This document shows, in pieces, positions 1-12,967 of a stretch of 64,000 nt of DNA. Each line of letters begins with the position of its first letter. The stretch's first letter is position 1. Both the position numbers and the translations under genes were made by a program. This stretch comes from Octopus sinensis (lineage: Eukaryota). The notes below the pieces were generated by a model. The model worked only from the letters and a program-made list of their open reading frames with translations. It did no database searches and was not told the DNA's origin. The stretch covers positions 27,528,001 through 27,592,000 of the forward strand of contig NC_043000.1 in the NCBI RefSeq assembly GCF_006345805.1, written 5' to 3'.

Positions 1-410
1 TTGAAAGGAGCATGGGTAACGTGCGATGGTCGCATTGACCATGGTGATATCTGCTCAGAGGTCTACGCAAAGTTGCAGAAAGTGTATGGAGAGCATTTAA
101 GACTCGCACACAAGTGTGGGAGTGGTTCACGAGTTTCCAATGTGGCCGGAAAAATGTCGATAATGACGAACGTTCTGGGTGACCCGCAACTAGCAGAACA
201 GAGATGGTCAATGCAGATGATCGTGTAGCAGTGAGGGGAAATCGTCGATTTACCATCCGTTAGTTATCAGAGGATGATCCGTTTAGTTACGGTTTATTTC
301 AGTCCATTATCACTGAAGATTTAAGTACGAGACGCGTGTCTACCAAGTGTTTGCCAACACTGCTTTCAGCTGGCCAAAAAGACGCTCGGGTTTCAGTTAC
401 ACAGAACCTC
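1..410 (+). mobile_element. Degenerate mariner transposase, 5' fragment
   Basis: Translates in pieces to ICSEVYAKLQKVYGEH ... QSIITEDLSTRRVSTKCLPTLLSAGQKDARVSV, typical of the mariner HTH/linker region (degenerate WVPxxL-equivalent). Frameshifted. Confidence 0.75.
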
Positions 411-414
411 CTGT

Positions 415-600
415 CGAGAACGTTGAACACTCTTTGAAAATTTCGCGTAGCCCCTGAACAGGTTTTGCTAACCTTTTGGCAAAATTCGATGCAGATCTAT
501 GCTCAACTATCTCTGCCTTGGTCAATATACGATCACATGCTACACACGTCCCTTCCAAGCAATTCTGTAAAGAGAAGATGTGACCTAAAATGTTAAAACT
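415..600 (-). mobile_element. Second copy of the same mariner 5' end, inverted
   Basis: Reverse strand reads ttggaagggacgtgtgtagcatgtgatcgtatattgaccaagg, homologous to positions 1-44, followed by ICIEFCQK..KTCS (mariner N-terminus). Confidence 0.65.
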
Positions 601-699
601 TGATGCGTATGCACAGAAGAGTTCAAGGTTATTCTGTGCCAAGAAGCTTCCCTTTGCGTCCATTAATTTCGTTACTGACCTGACACTTATTGATCACAC

Positions 700-815
700 A
701 ACTTATATATATTAAACCCTCCTTCTTTCCTTCTTTCCTGAACCTCCAATAATATTATATTTGTTCCACGTCCTCGCGTTGTTGTGTTTTTTTGTGCTTT
801 CATGTTTGGATAACT
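700..815 (+). repeat. Penelope-type terminal-repeat 3' tail fragment
   Basis: ttaaaccctccttc...tttgttccacgtcctcgcgttgttgtg...tttggat matches the tails at 26013-26120, 54470-54566 and 58652-58705. Confidence 0.65.
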
Positions 816-828
816 TTATATATCTATA

Positions 829-871
<43 letters not shown>

Positions 872-1436
872 ATATATATAAAAATATATGTGGTGTGTGT
901 GTTTTTGCTGTGTGTATGTGTGTGTGTGTGTAAATATATATATATCTATATATATTATCGGAAGATAATACACTATCTTGTTACCTGACTGGAAATTTAA
1001 AGCCGTTACTAATTTAGTACCAACTGTTATTATAACTATTGAAATAAACTGTCACTCCTTAATGGGAAACATGATTTCTGGCCCTCAACTCTGGACACAT
1101 CATATATTTGTGTATAGGTACATTTATGTGTATACCATTCGTTTATTCATTCATTAATTTATTTATATGCAAGGACAATACGAACGATTGCAGAAATACA
1201 CCTTACTTAACGCATGAAATATACGTGTATATATATGCATTTACAGATGCGTGTGTATATATGTATGTATATGTATTTTTATCTAGGTATATATATGGAT
1301 TTCTCCTTTTATGTGCGTTTTTAGTTCTAAAGAAATATAACCCTCCCAAACTGAATTATTTTCTTCGATTATACTGTTATTTCTCTTTTCCTTTCTCTTT
1401 CTCTTCCACTTTTTACGCATGCTCTAATAAGAATTT

Positions 1437-1553
<117 letters not shown>

Positions 1554-1664
1554 TGATTCCGTTATAAGTATATACATGCATGTATTCTTTTATGCGTGTA
1601 TACGTAAGTATGTATGGGTGTGTATGTATATATGTAAATAGATAGATCGTTAGCCACTACTCAC

Positions 1665-1815
1665 ATTATCTTCTCTCCTTGTTTCTTCTGCGTCCCTTTC
1701 TGTAGGTTCGAAACGTAAAAGACTTTTTCTATTCCTGAGCGTCATACTAATACATCTGTTTGTTTTGTACACCACCTGTCCTTATCTTTTGTTTTTTTTT
1801 CGTAAACTCTCCCTA
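1665..1815 (+). repeat. Penelope-type terminal repeat, hammerhead-like motif internally deleted
   Basis: ctttctgtag|gttcgaaacgtaaaag equals the motif at 8815-8850 (reverse) minus aagagcgtag-like bases, a deletion between gtag microhomologies. Confidence 0.6.
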
Positions 1816-1837
1816 TATATATATATATATATATATA

Positions 1838-2221
1838 CTAGCAGTATCGCCCGGCATTGCTCGGGTTTGTTTCGACCCGCTGGAATTGGAATTTTTGAAA
1901 AGTAAAAATTTTGCATTATGTAGCTTGTTATTCTCTTCAAGTGAACATTTTTCTGGTTGAAATACACCAAAAAGTGGCGACACAGCAGTGAAAAAATCGT
2001 AAAAAATAGGGATTTTCATAGAAAAAAGCACCTTTTTGATGTAAATAATTTTTGGTGTTAACATGATCCGATTTGAATTTTATCTTCTACGGAAGGAAGA
2101 GCAACCCTTCGTCTATGATACTCTCAATTTTGGTCAACTTGCGCCACAGGGTCTCGGAGGAGATAGTGTTAGTTGAAGGCTACCAAACCTGGCGTACACA
2201 GACAACTTCAGCTTTATATAG

Positions 2222-2222
<1 letters not shown>
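1838..2222 (-). mobile_element. Complete non-autonomous Helitron (~385 bp)
   Basis: Minus strand starts A|TCTATATAAAG and ends hairpin cccgagcaatgccggg + CTAG|T, the canonical Helitron termini in an A|T target. A second 5' copy lies at 60894-61110. Confidence 0.8.
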
Positions 2223-2260
<38 letters not shown>

Positions 2261-2701
2261 CATATATTTATGTATATATATTTATATATGTATAAATTAG
2301 CCCTATGAATTTCTTGAACTATCTCATAAAAAATTCTTTGATGAAGCCTGTATGTTTATATGTGCATAAATTAACCCTATGGACTTCTTGAACTATCTTA
2401 TAAAAACTCTCTGACGATATCTATATCCGAGCAACCTAATTTTATCTACAGATTTACAATACACTGAAAAGTAAGAAATAACATATGGGATACTGTGCCG
2501 TCTAGGCTGAAGCAGCTGTAAGAAATTGCTGTTCTGTCTCTTTTCTCTTTTCTAGAAATTATTAATACTTTAAACATGTATTCATATATTATCTGAACAG
2601 TTTAAAATGAATGAATAGAAATATTATAATGTCTAACAACTGATGAATAATACCTCTGGATTCCCTCCATTTTCTTCTTGCCATAAATACATACATATAT
2701 A

Positions 2702-2793
<92 letters not shown>

Positions 2794-2804
2794 ATCTATA
2801 TATC

Positions 2805-2835
<31 letters not shown>

Positions 2836-2954
2836 CCTCAGAAACAGCTGTAAGACTTTGAGTTTTCTCCAATAATAATATGTATATGACTTGAGATGTT
2901 TGCCTTGCCTTAATGTTTGTCGTCCTCTTTAACAATTATATATATATATATATT

Positions 2955-3287
<333 letters not shown>

Positions 3288-3544
3288 CATATATATATAT
3301 GTGTGTGTGTGTATATTTATGTATATGTATATATGTATATGTATATACATTGTATAAAAGTTCGTGGATACGGCCAAAATAATATAAGGTATATGCAAGT
3401 TAAATCTCAAGAAAAAAAACATGTGAATTAATGTAGACTTATCTTGTATTCCCTATTGCAGGGTTATGACCCCGATTTCAAGAAAATGACGTCAATTCTG
3501 AGTAAGCAAGCTACTTACCACACAGTCACTCCTGCGCCTTGTGA

Positions 3545-4433
3545 ATGCTAGAGGAGGGTTCGAAGACCTTGTCTACAGAATACACATGTTTCTGTCCAAA
3601 TGATTTTGAAGACTGCTGAATTATAATCAGATGGAGTAATGCCCGGTGAATATGATGGATGAGGTATCGTTTCCCATTCAAAATGCTCCAGCATTTGGAA
3701 TGTTATCCTCGCTCTATGTGATCGAGCATTATACTGATTGGAGAACACCTTTCGTCTTGAAAGGAAAAAGGTTCGTTTTTTTTTCCTAGCGCTGACTTAA
3801 ACTGCTGAAGCTGCACGCAGTAGATCTTTGTTATCGCTTGGCTTTGGTTTTAAATGTTCACAGTTGATTAAGCTTTTCATATCCCACCAAATTGATTATA
3901 GCAACTTACGTGGTTGAAGACCTTCTTTAGCGTAGGGTGCTGGTGTTTCTCTTTTCCCTACCCACTGTTTCTGTACGTGACGTTTTTATAGAGAACCTAT
4001 GTCTCGATACCAGTCACTATTCGGTCCAAAAAAGGTTCATTCTTGAGACCTGATAGCAAAGAAGAGCATAATTCATTCTCTTTGTGAGATTAGACTCGGG
4101 AAGTTTGTGAGCAACCCATTGACCCAATTTGCTGACCAATTTGATGACCACATCCAAGCTTCTCTGCAATTCCTCAACAGTTACGATGGGATTTTGTTCT
4201 ACCAGTCTTTGCAGGATGTCCTCATCGAACTCCACAGATCTCCCAGGACAGGGATTGTCTTCTAGGCTGTAGTTTTCGGCTCTGAATATCTGGAACAAGC
4301 TTTGACACTAGTTTACGCTTATTATCCGATCCCCATATTATGTATTAATATTCCTTGCACTTTCCGTTGTGTTGTTGCCTTTATTGAACATATAAAGCAA
4401 AATATGCCGGATATGATCCTTTATCACTTCCAT
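3545..4433 (-). pseudogene. Near full-length degenerate mariner (DD34D-type) transposase
   Basis: Pieces read MEVIKDHIRHILLY, ENYSLEDNPCPGRS, LGQWVAHKL, FLDRIVTG, SIWWD, YNARSH, WETIPHPSYSPGITPSDY. Multiple stops and frameshifts. Confidence 0.85.
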
Positions 4434-4589
4434 TATAGCTTTGAAAAAATAACTGTTAAATTTGGACTGGACTCTTCAAAACATGCACTAAGAATAAGGA
4501 CTAGGTAAAATTACTACCTGCTTCCATAGAAAGTTGATGCAAGTAGTTTTTCCCCGATTCCCTCCGAATTTTAGGTTCACTATTGAAAA

Positions 4590-4780
4590 AAACACATATT
4601 CAATAAAATCGTCATTGGCTTCAATGACGACCTCCAACTGACTTCGGAATCTACTGCAACTTTTCTGGACGGTCTCCCTAATTAAGTTGGGGAACGCTGC
4701 TATAATCCTTACCTTCAGTTCATCTTTGGTGTTACAAGCAGTTCTGTTGGTCTCTCACTCAAATGCGCCCCACGCATGAG
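4590..4780 (-). mobile_element. Tc1-like transposase C-terminal fragment
   Basis: TNRTACNTKDELKVRIIAAFPNLIRETVQKSCSRFRSQLEVVIEANDDFIE resembles the Tc1-family C-terminus. Confidence 0.7.
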
Positions 4781-4984
4781 GTGTTAGCTCTTTATTAGGT
4801 ACAATATATGTTTCGACCCATTAGTCCGCGTCTCTTCGGGTACATTGATAAAGATCTTTCACTAGAGATTTTTTAGTATATATATATATATTATATATAT
4901 ATATTTGTATCTTTACATGCGATGGTTTTGTTAAGCAGCGTCGATTTTTACAATGCTGTAAATATCTCTCTGTCTACCTAGGTC

Positions 4985-5150
4985 GTTCCCCAGGAAGCCA
5001 AAAGGATGTTTCCACACGTTTTCCCTATTCATCCCAATGTTCTATAATGCTTTTCAGCTCCTGTACCCCTTCCATACCAGTATCATCCGGCAAGTTGTCG
5101 ATATTGGTCGTCTTCCACTTCTTCCCATTCCATTGTTTGCCAGATCACTA
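4985..5150 (-). mobile_element. RTE-type LINE 3' fragment
   Basis: [33 protein letters not shown] resembles the RTE ORF C-terminus. Confidence 0.55.
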
Positions 5151-5155
5151 GCTTG

Positions 5156-5192
<37 letters not shown>

Positions 5193-5236
5193 TATTCATA
5201 AATATATATGCATATATATACATATATATATAAACA

Positions 5237-5302
<66 letters not shown>

Positions 5303-5361
5303 ATATATAATATATATACATACATACATACATACATATATATATATATATACGCGTACAC

Positions 5362-5407
<46 letters not shown>

Positions 5408-5554
5408 ACAAACACACACAGACACATGTCTTACAAGTTCTTAAGTTGTTGATATAAAGAACATTGTTGTCATATTTCGGGCAGGTGCTCCACGTGGACA
5501 TTTGGATCTCCTCAACCGGATTCGGAAGCCACACGTTAATTTGATCACTCCCTC

Positions 5555-5668
5555 TCTTCTTTCAGGTATGTCGATGAAATAAGTGCCAATTATACACTGG
5601 GGTCGATATAGTCGACTAGCCCCACCTTCCCCCAAATTTTGAAGGCCTTGTACCTAGAATAGATATAA
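5555..5668 (+). mobile_element. SINE 3' part (Meta-domain family, tail A)
   Basis: tcgatgaaataagtgcc...actggggtcgat...cccaaattt...ggccttgtacctag matches 11620-11715 and 11990-12060. Confidence 0.6.
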
Positions 5669-5727
5669 TTATCACAGGAGTTTCTCTCATGAGATTTCCC
5701 TTTTTATCCCAGATCACTTCGTGCTAT

Positions 5728-5962
5728 CTTATTTCTTTATTTCCCTTAAGAGGCTAAACATAGAGGGGACAAACAAGGGCAGATAAAGGATTAAGTCGAT
5801 TACATCGACCTTAGTGCGTAACTGGTACTTGTATAATCGACTCTGAAAGGATGAAATGCTAAGTCGACCTCGGCGGAATTTAAACTCAGAACGTAGCAGC
5901 AGACGAAATGCCGCTAAGAATTTCGCCCGGCGTGCTAACGATTCGGCCAGCTCACCGCCTTA
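5728..5962 (-). mobile_element. Full-length tRNA-derived SINE (Meta-like core, tail B)
   Basis: Head ggcggtgagctggc, B-box-like gagtttaaattcc, core related to gcctttcatcctttcggggtcgata, tail ending aataaagaaataag. Homologous to 11731-11965 and 55625-55861. Confidence 0.85.
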
Positions 5963-6339
5963 CTTCGTGCCATCTTGCCTGATTTGAAACACACAGCACC
6001 TTCATCCAAATACTGTTGTGCTTCCTCCAAGAAAGATGTCTTAGTGCTTTCCCTCGAACTGCCAGACTTTGGAACTCTTTTCCATTTAATTTTCACACCC
6101 ACCATTCTTATGACCTGATCTCTTTAAAGTCTAAAGTATATTCATTCGTTTCCTCTTAATTTCTCCTTCTTCATTTTCCATTATTCTAAATGGCTTCTCG
6201 CCTCACTTGGGATTTTATTATATAACAAAAATCATTTTTATATATCTATATCTATATGTGCCCACTGTGTTTGTGTGTATGTGTATATATTTGTGTGTGT
6301 GTCAATACGTGTGTTTGTGGTTTTTGTCTTTGTGTCGAT

Positions 6340-6522
6340 CCTCTCACCATAGCTTGACAACCGGTGTTGGTTTGTATATGCCCCTGTAGCATTGGCATTT
6401 AGGCAAATATTACAAATGCCGCACTTAAAAAAAAAATCAATAGAAACCTTTTGTTCGACTAAATACCTTCATGCTGGTGCCCCAGCATAGCCACAGAGCA
6501 ATAACCGAAACAATAAAGAGGA
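6340..6522 (+). mobile_element. SINE 3' part (Nin/Deu-like family)
   Basis: gcttgacaaccggtgttgg...gctggtgccccagcatagccacag...gaaacaataaag is homologous to the 3' half of 33291-33770. Confidence 0.6.
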
Positions 6523-6985
6523 AAAGATAATTGTCAGAGAGTGCCATTGTCAAAACCAAAATCCCAATGAATCAACGATTTAACACAGTTTCGATTCCCG
6601 GAAGAGTTCTTTTCAATTTATTACGTTCGGTAATGCATTTGATAAATTCGAGAATGTCACACAGTATCATATTGTTAAGAAGATAATACATAGAACATGA
6701 ATAAAGAGTGAAAGAGACAAAGGCATGCGTTTGTGTATCTGAAAAGTTCGCTACGAGTGTCACAGGGAATGGGGTAGCGGGGAAATAGAAAGGCGTGGAA
6801 GGCGTTCGAGTACACACGTATAAGTATATATGTATACGCATATATATAAACACGCACATGCCTGCACATATACATACATGCAAATACATACATACAAGGA
6901 TGCAAATATACATTCTCGAGCGTGAACTAACACAGGCACATACACAGAAACCGAAAGAGAATTAGGTAGTTTGGTATGAAGAGAT

Positions 6986-7016
<31 letters not shown>

Positions 7017-7025
7017 TAGGTAGAC

Positions 7026-7064
<39 letters not shown>

Positions 7065-7068
7065 TAAG

Positions 7069-7121
<53 letters not shown>

Positions 7122-7213
7122 GAGGTTAGATTGCATGACTCAATATTCACTGAAATATTTGTGCATTTGTGTAGATTGCGTTGTGTGTGTGTCTATGCGT
7201 GCATACATACATA

Positions 7214-7275
<62 letters not shown>

Positions 7276-7789
7276 CACACATACATATATGAATACATTA
7301 ATGTAAAAACAATGAAATGCCTCTAAACGTGTGTCGCTATCCGCGTTAAGTGTGTACTTTACACGCCTGTATAACTTCTACAAAGTATCATTAAAATAAT
7401 TAGAAATACGAAACAAAAACAGCGATAGCAGACTATTTCGTTGGGTATTTCATAGCAAATACATCGACGTAAAACAAGACCTAGTGGAAAAATCTCACCT
7501 TCTACTAACTATATAACTGTTTTCAATTCCATTTCCATCAGATCCTATTTTTGAACAAACATTTACGTTACGTGCAGCCGAATTAAACATGGCACTTACC
7601 GCCATCTTTAGAGATTTCAACTCCTCCACATTGTCTCTTTTCTTTGCCTTTGTTTATATATATTCGTATATTACATTCACTCGTTTGTATGTATGTATGT
7701 ATGTATGTATGTATGTATATATATATATATATATAATATATATATATATATATACTATATTTTCGTTGATATATATCTATATATGTATG

Positions 7790-7838
<49 letters not shown>

Positions 7839-7851
7839 CTATATATATATG

Positions 7852-7887
<36 letters not shown>

Positions 7888-8729
7888 ATATGTTTACATG
7901 ATATATATACTTATATAAGTTATATAATATATATTTATATGTGAGTGTATATTTATATACATATATATGCATATATATAAACATACCCACAAACACATAC
8001 ATATATATGTATATATGTATACACACACACACACATATATATATTACATATCTTATCTACGAACGTATATAATTACACTTACACATATAAAAAATACACA
8101 CACACACAGACGCATATGTGCGTGTGTATGTCGTATACGTTTATCGAAATTTATTTATGCGAAGCCAGCCTTGTTTCCATGCATAATAAGCAATATTTAT
8201 TTATCAATCTACCGGCCTATTTTCCTACTTTCATACTTCTCACCATACCCAAATCCCAGCTATATTGTGTACGTGAATATGTTTGTATACGTACGTATTA
8301 TTTAACTCTAATAATGTCTTGGATAACAAGGTATATTGTGACGCTTAAAACCTATAAAGTTGTTTTGTAAACAAAACTTTCAAGTCATACTTGTATACGA
8401 ACTTAATGGAAGATATGTTTTCGTAATTATTATAGATCCATTACATTGTCCTCACGCTCTTTGACGGGGACAATAATGCAAAAGGGTGCTTTGTTGTTGT
8501 GCAAAAGGGCCAATGACTATAAATGAGAGCAAAATGAGATTTTTTAATGTGAAAGGTGTTGTTGACTGTAGGGTTAAAAACTAGAATGTATGTCAGGTAT
8601 GAAAGTAGACTCAAAATTAATATTGCCATGATACATGCATAAACATTTATATATGTACATACATACATGCATATATACATACATACGTACATATATATAT
8701 ATATATATATATATATGTATAAAGGGAAA

Positions 8730-8880
8730 GTTTACGAAAATAAGCAAAAGACGAAGACAGGTGATGTACAAAACAAACAAATGTATTAGTATAGCGCTGA
8801 GGAATAGAAAAAGTCTTTTACGTTTCGAGCCTACGCTTTTCTACAGAAAGGTACACAGAAAAAACAAGGAGAGAAACAAT
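8730..8880 (-). repeat. Penelope-type terminal repeat with hammerhead-like motif (CUGUAGA core)
   Basis: Reverse reads CTTT-CTGTAGA-A-AAGC-gtag-GCTC-GAAA-C-GTA-AAAG. Same family as 1665-1815, 33858-33900 and 62400-62540. Confidence 0.65.
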
Positions 8881-8951
8881 ATATATAGATAGATAGATAG
8901 ATACATACAGACATACATAGATTGATAGATAGATAGAAAGATAGATAGAGG

Positions 8952-9019
<68 letters not shown>

Positions 9020-9062
9020 CATAGATAGATATATAGAGATCGATAATAGATAGATGGATAGA
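8880..9062. repeat. (GATA)n microsatellite
   Basis: Direct reading. Confidence 0.95.
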
Positions 9063-10340
9063 TAATGTTTCATTTACTACAGCTGTTTCCAACGATCTTT
9101 TTTACCGATGAATGGAGACATTACATTATATGGAAAAAATAACCGTAATCGTCAGATGCATATACACGAAATACACATTTAAAACATTCCAAAAGTCACC
9201 AGTTTGAGCTACTTCGTCATTCCACGACTAGTGATGGTCAAAAGAATGAATTCGCTTTCTCGGGTTGGTTCTTAATATCGGAAAATCATTACAATAACAG
9301 GAATGGAGAGGAGGAGAGCTTTTATATTAATAAAAGTTTAGATGAAAATGTATAATAATACTCGGTACGATTTCTAAAAGACAAGGTAATAAATTATATT
9401 TACAATCTTTAAGAGATTGGACGAGTGAGTTCTAGACAAATGATCTTAAACGATAATAAGGGAGGTGATGAGGGTGGTATACAAAACAGTGGGTGAGACC
9501 TTGATTTCATGTTCCGACTTTTGAGATAAGATTAATTTGTTTTATTTTTATTTTTATCCCACGAATAGCAATACGACCTGACTTCTGAGAGAAGGTCATT
9601 TTATTTCAGGTCATTTTAGTTTATTTTATTTATTGTTCTTCAAATAGTGGTACGACCCGTTTCAAAGCAAAATGAGGCCTCAAAATGAAGAGTGAGGGAC
9701 GTGGTTAGTAGGAAAGGAGGGCGATAATTGGATTATAGATAAAGGAGGAGGAAGGAAGCACATATCTCAGGACTAACTATGCGTGGTGAAATAACCTATC
9801 AGACGAAATAAAACAAAACAACCAGAAGACAATAAAAGAGAACAAAACGATGAGTGGCCTTCCAAACAAGATAAATATTTAGATAAACAAAGAGATACAC
9901 AATAACAGACATAAAATGTATGAAAACAAAAGGATAAAGGAAATAAAAACGATAAAAAGCGAAGATAAAAGAAAACATTGTAAGAAAATAAAAGAATAAT
10001 TAAAAAGTAGTTAAATTGATATCAGGGAATAGTAAAAAAAAAATATATATATTATTACATACATACATACATAATACATGCAACATACAGAATACACATA
10101 CATAATAAATTTTATATTATATTATAAGTTATAATAATAAAGTGTAAGTAAGAATATGAATGTATGTGTATTAATCATATTAGTAAGATAACAGAAAAGA
10201 ATAATATTATAAATTTATAGGGGTTTGAATTTAATAAAACATATTTTAGAATATATATATATATTCGAAGAATGGAGCACATAGAAAGATGTCTGCACAT
10301 ATTTATACACACACATGCACACAAATAGGCACACTTATAC

Positions 10341-10398
<58 letters not shown>

Positions 10399-10844
10399 TG
10401 TATGTATAAAAATTATATATAAAATTTACAAAAGGGGACAAGAACGCAAACCACACAAAGAGACGACACAAAATAAAAAACAGACATGTCATTCGAAGCC
10501 TCTAATCTTCAGTCAAGAACCGGATCATCTTAGCAATTTCGGCTGATTAATCCTGATATCGCTCCGATCCGGCCAGCCCCAAGGAAAAGCTAAGCTCCGA
10601 GCATTAGATTTCTTGGAAAAGGATCGAATGTATACGAAACAAGGACAGAAAACCGGACGATGCCACACGAATATAAATACAAGAAGCAAAAGATAAAAAA
10701 CACGAATAGTAATAACAGGACAGCGGGTGTCTTACGACTTCAGACAATTTAACTTATCTTGGCTGGCGTATTTTGAAAAAATGCCTTTGCGGCAACAGAT
10801 ATATATGGCTATCTGTTACACACACATGCATACACACACATACA

Positions 10845-10946
<102 letters not shown>

Positions 10947-11059
10947 CTATATATACACATATTACTATTTAAAACACTTCAATACCAAGTATGTTTACAC
11001 ACTCGTGCACTTGAGCATATGCACAAATACTCAGAAATCAAAGGGAGAGTTGGAAAGAC

Positions 11060-11101
<42 letters not shown>

Positions 11102-11418
11102 AGGAAGTGACTGAGAAGCTTATGTCACCGTATACGTGTTTTTGTGAAAGTATATGTGTTTGTATATGTAAGTGATTGATTGTTATACAGTTTTCAAATT
11201 TAAATCTGATCTTGAAGATATAATCGTGCAATATTAATTATATATCGACGTTTTTTGCTTTCTTTAGTATATGAAGGCGGTTCACGAGTTTCACTCCCAA
11301 TGCATTTGTATTGGCATCACATGAATTAACCAAAATCATACGATTTAGCATTAAGACTAATTTTTTGCTCCTTATCTCGTATTGCATTTCATATTGAAAT
11401 GCTAATTTGAACACCTAC

Positions 11419-11441
11419 TCAGCATTTAAGGTTTTCAGCAT
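11419..11441 (-). CDS. Candidate stop-containing exon of the hypothetical micro-exon gene (..AENLKC*)
   Basis: tctgttcaag|ATGCTGAAAACCTTAAATGCTGA|gtaggt. Phase-compatible only, with a moderate acceptor. Confidence 0.2.
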
Positions 11442-11492
11442 CTTGAACAGATTTATCATCGCAGTCATTGCTCTGTCGATATATCACCACTT

Positions 11493-12060
11493 CAAGGCGA
11501 CGAGCTGGCAGAAACGTTAGCACGTCGGGCGAAATGCGTAGCCGTATTACATCTGCCGTTACGTTTTGAGGTCAAATTCCGCCGAGGTCGACTTTGCCTT
11601 TCATCCTTTCGGGTTCGATAAATTAAGTACCACTTGCGTACTGGCGTACTGGAGTCGATCCAATCAACTCGTCCCTCCCCAAAATTTTCGGACCTTCTGC
11701 CGAGAGTAGAGAAGGATATATCACCATTTCAAGGCGGCGAGCTGACAGAACCGTTAGCACACCAGGAGAAATGCGTAGCCGTATTTCGTCTGCCGTTACG
11801 TTTTGAGGTCAAATTCCGCTGAGGTCGACTTTGCCTTTCATCCTTTCGGGGTCGATAAATTAAGTACCAGTTACGTACTGACGTCGATGTAATCGATTTA
11901 ATCCCTTTATCTGCCCTTCTTTGTCCCCTGTACGTTTATCCCCTTGTAGGCAATAAAGAAATAAATGTTAATACACTGGGCGAAATTCTTAGCTGGGGTC
12001 GATCCAATCGACTGGTCCCCTTCCCAAAAATTTCGGGCCATATGCCTAGAATAGAAAAAG
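11493..12060 (+). mobile_element. Tandem/chimeric Meta-like SINE cluster (head+tail A, head+tail B, tail A)
   Basis: Two heads at ~11493 and ~11731 share ttttgaggtcaaatt. The motif gatatatcacca recurs at 11478, 11715 and 12060. Confidence 0.85.
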
Positions 12061-12382
12061 ATATATCACCATTTTTTTGCTTCTATAAATCGCCATAAAT
12101 ATCTTAGTAACCATTTTTAATTATCAGTATGATTCTCAAAAATTGTCCAAATCTAATACTGCCTTCTTTTCTTGTCTTATATTCGACAATGCTTCGTTGC
12201 CCAATGCACCATAGACACTTCTTATTCTTCTACAACAGTATGAAACTAGATTTCTCATCACACCCCGCAGTTTTCCATTGTTTTCTAGAGTTGATTTCTT
12301 TTGGTTGCGTCAATTTTTTTTGCCAATCTACTTATCTGAGTAGAAGTATATAAATATGTGAAAAAGTAAAGAAAAAGAAAAC

Positions 12383-12427
<45 letters not shown>

Positions 12428-12967
12428 AGCAATCACACACACATATCCCCAAGCAATTTATACACATATGTATATGTATTATATACACACATATGTATAT
12501 ATATATACATATATACACACATATATATATATATGTTTGTCTGTCCTTGTGTGTGTGTGTGCATAAGTATATATGAGATTTTAATGACACCCTGGAGTGC
12601 TGTAATATTTTTTTGTCTTTGTCTGAACGTGCAGGAAACAGCATAATATTGGAAAGAATTAATTGCGTCTGTTTTGCTGGTTTTTATTCATTTATTTATT
12701 TTTTGTTTTTTGCAGCGTCGAAATATACGAAGATTCACTTCGACACCTCAAGACGGGAAATATTGAAATCAAACCGATGATATGGCCATTAATAAAAATA
12801 TAACGACTTCCTTCACAAACAACTGAAAAATCTGAAAGAGAATACAATCTCGCCTACGACCATGAACTCAAAATATTTAAAGTAAAATTTTCACTAAAGT
12901 TATGAGATGAGAGCTAGAATCAGTTTGCTAATTTTCATTGAAGAAACTAAAAACTAATGAATATATT

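Noticed and set aside
397-663. 88-aa minus-strand ORF MDAKGSFLAQ...
   Set aside because: It is an off-frame reading of the inverted mariner 5' fragment.
3462-3501. Plus-strand exon candidate GYDPDFKKMTSIL with strong-looking sites (and a 19-nt one at 2452-2470)
   Set aside because: The gtaagc donor is part of an antisense SINE head at ~3502-3540, and the 2452 segment cannot join it without a stop.
6538-6630. Open plus-strand segment SAIVKTKIPMNQRFNTVSIPGRVLFNLLRS ending at gtaatg
   Set aside because: The acceptor lacks a pyrimidine tract (it follows a purine-rich SINE tail), and no recognisable homology was seen.
10440-10810. Possible type-II hammerhead in a repeat-like segment (CTGAAGA on the minus strand)
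   Set aside because: Stem II and GAAA could not be arranged canonically in this copy.
12744-12760. 16-bp match attcacttcgacacct shared with ~62013
   Set aside because: No extension of similarity on either side, so probably chance.
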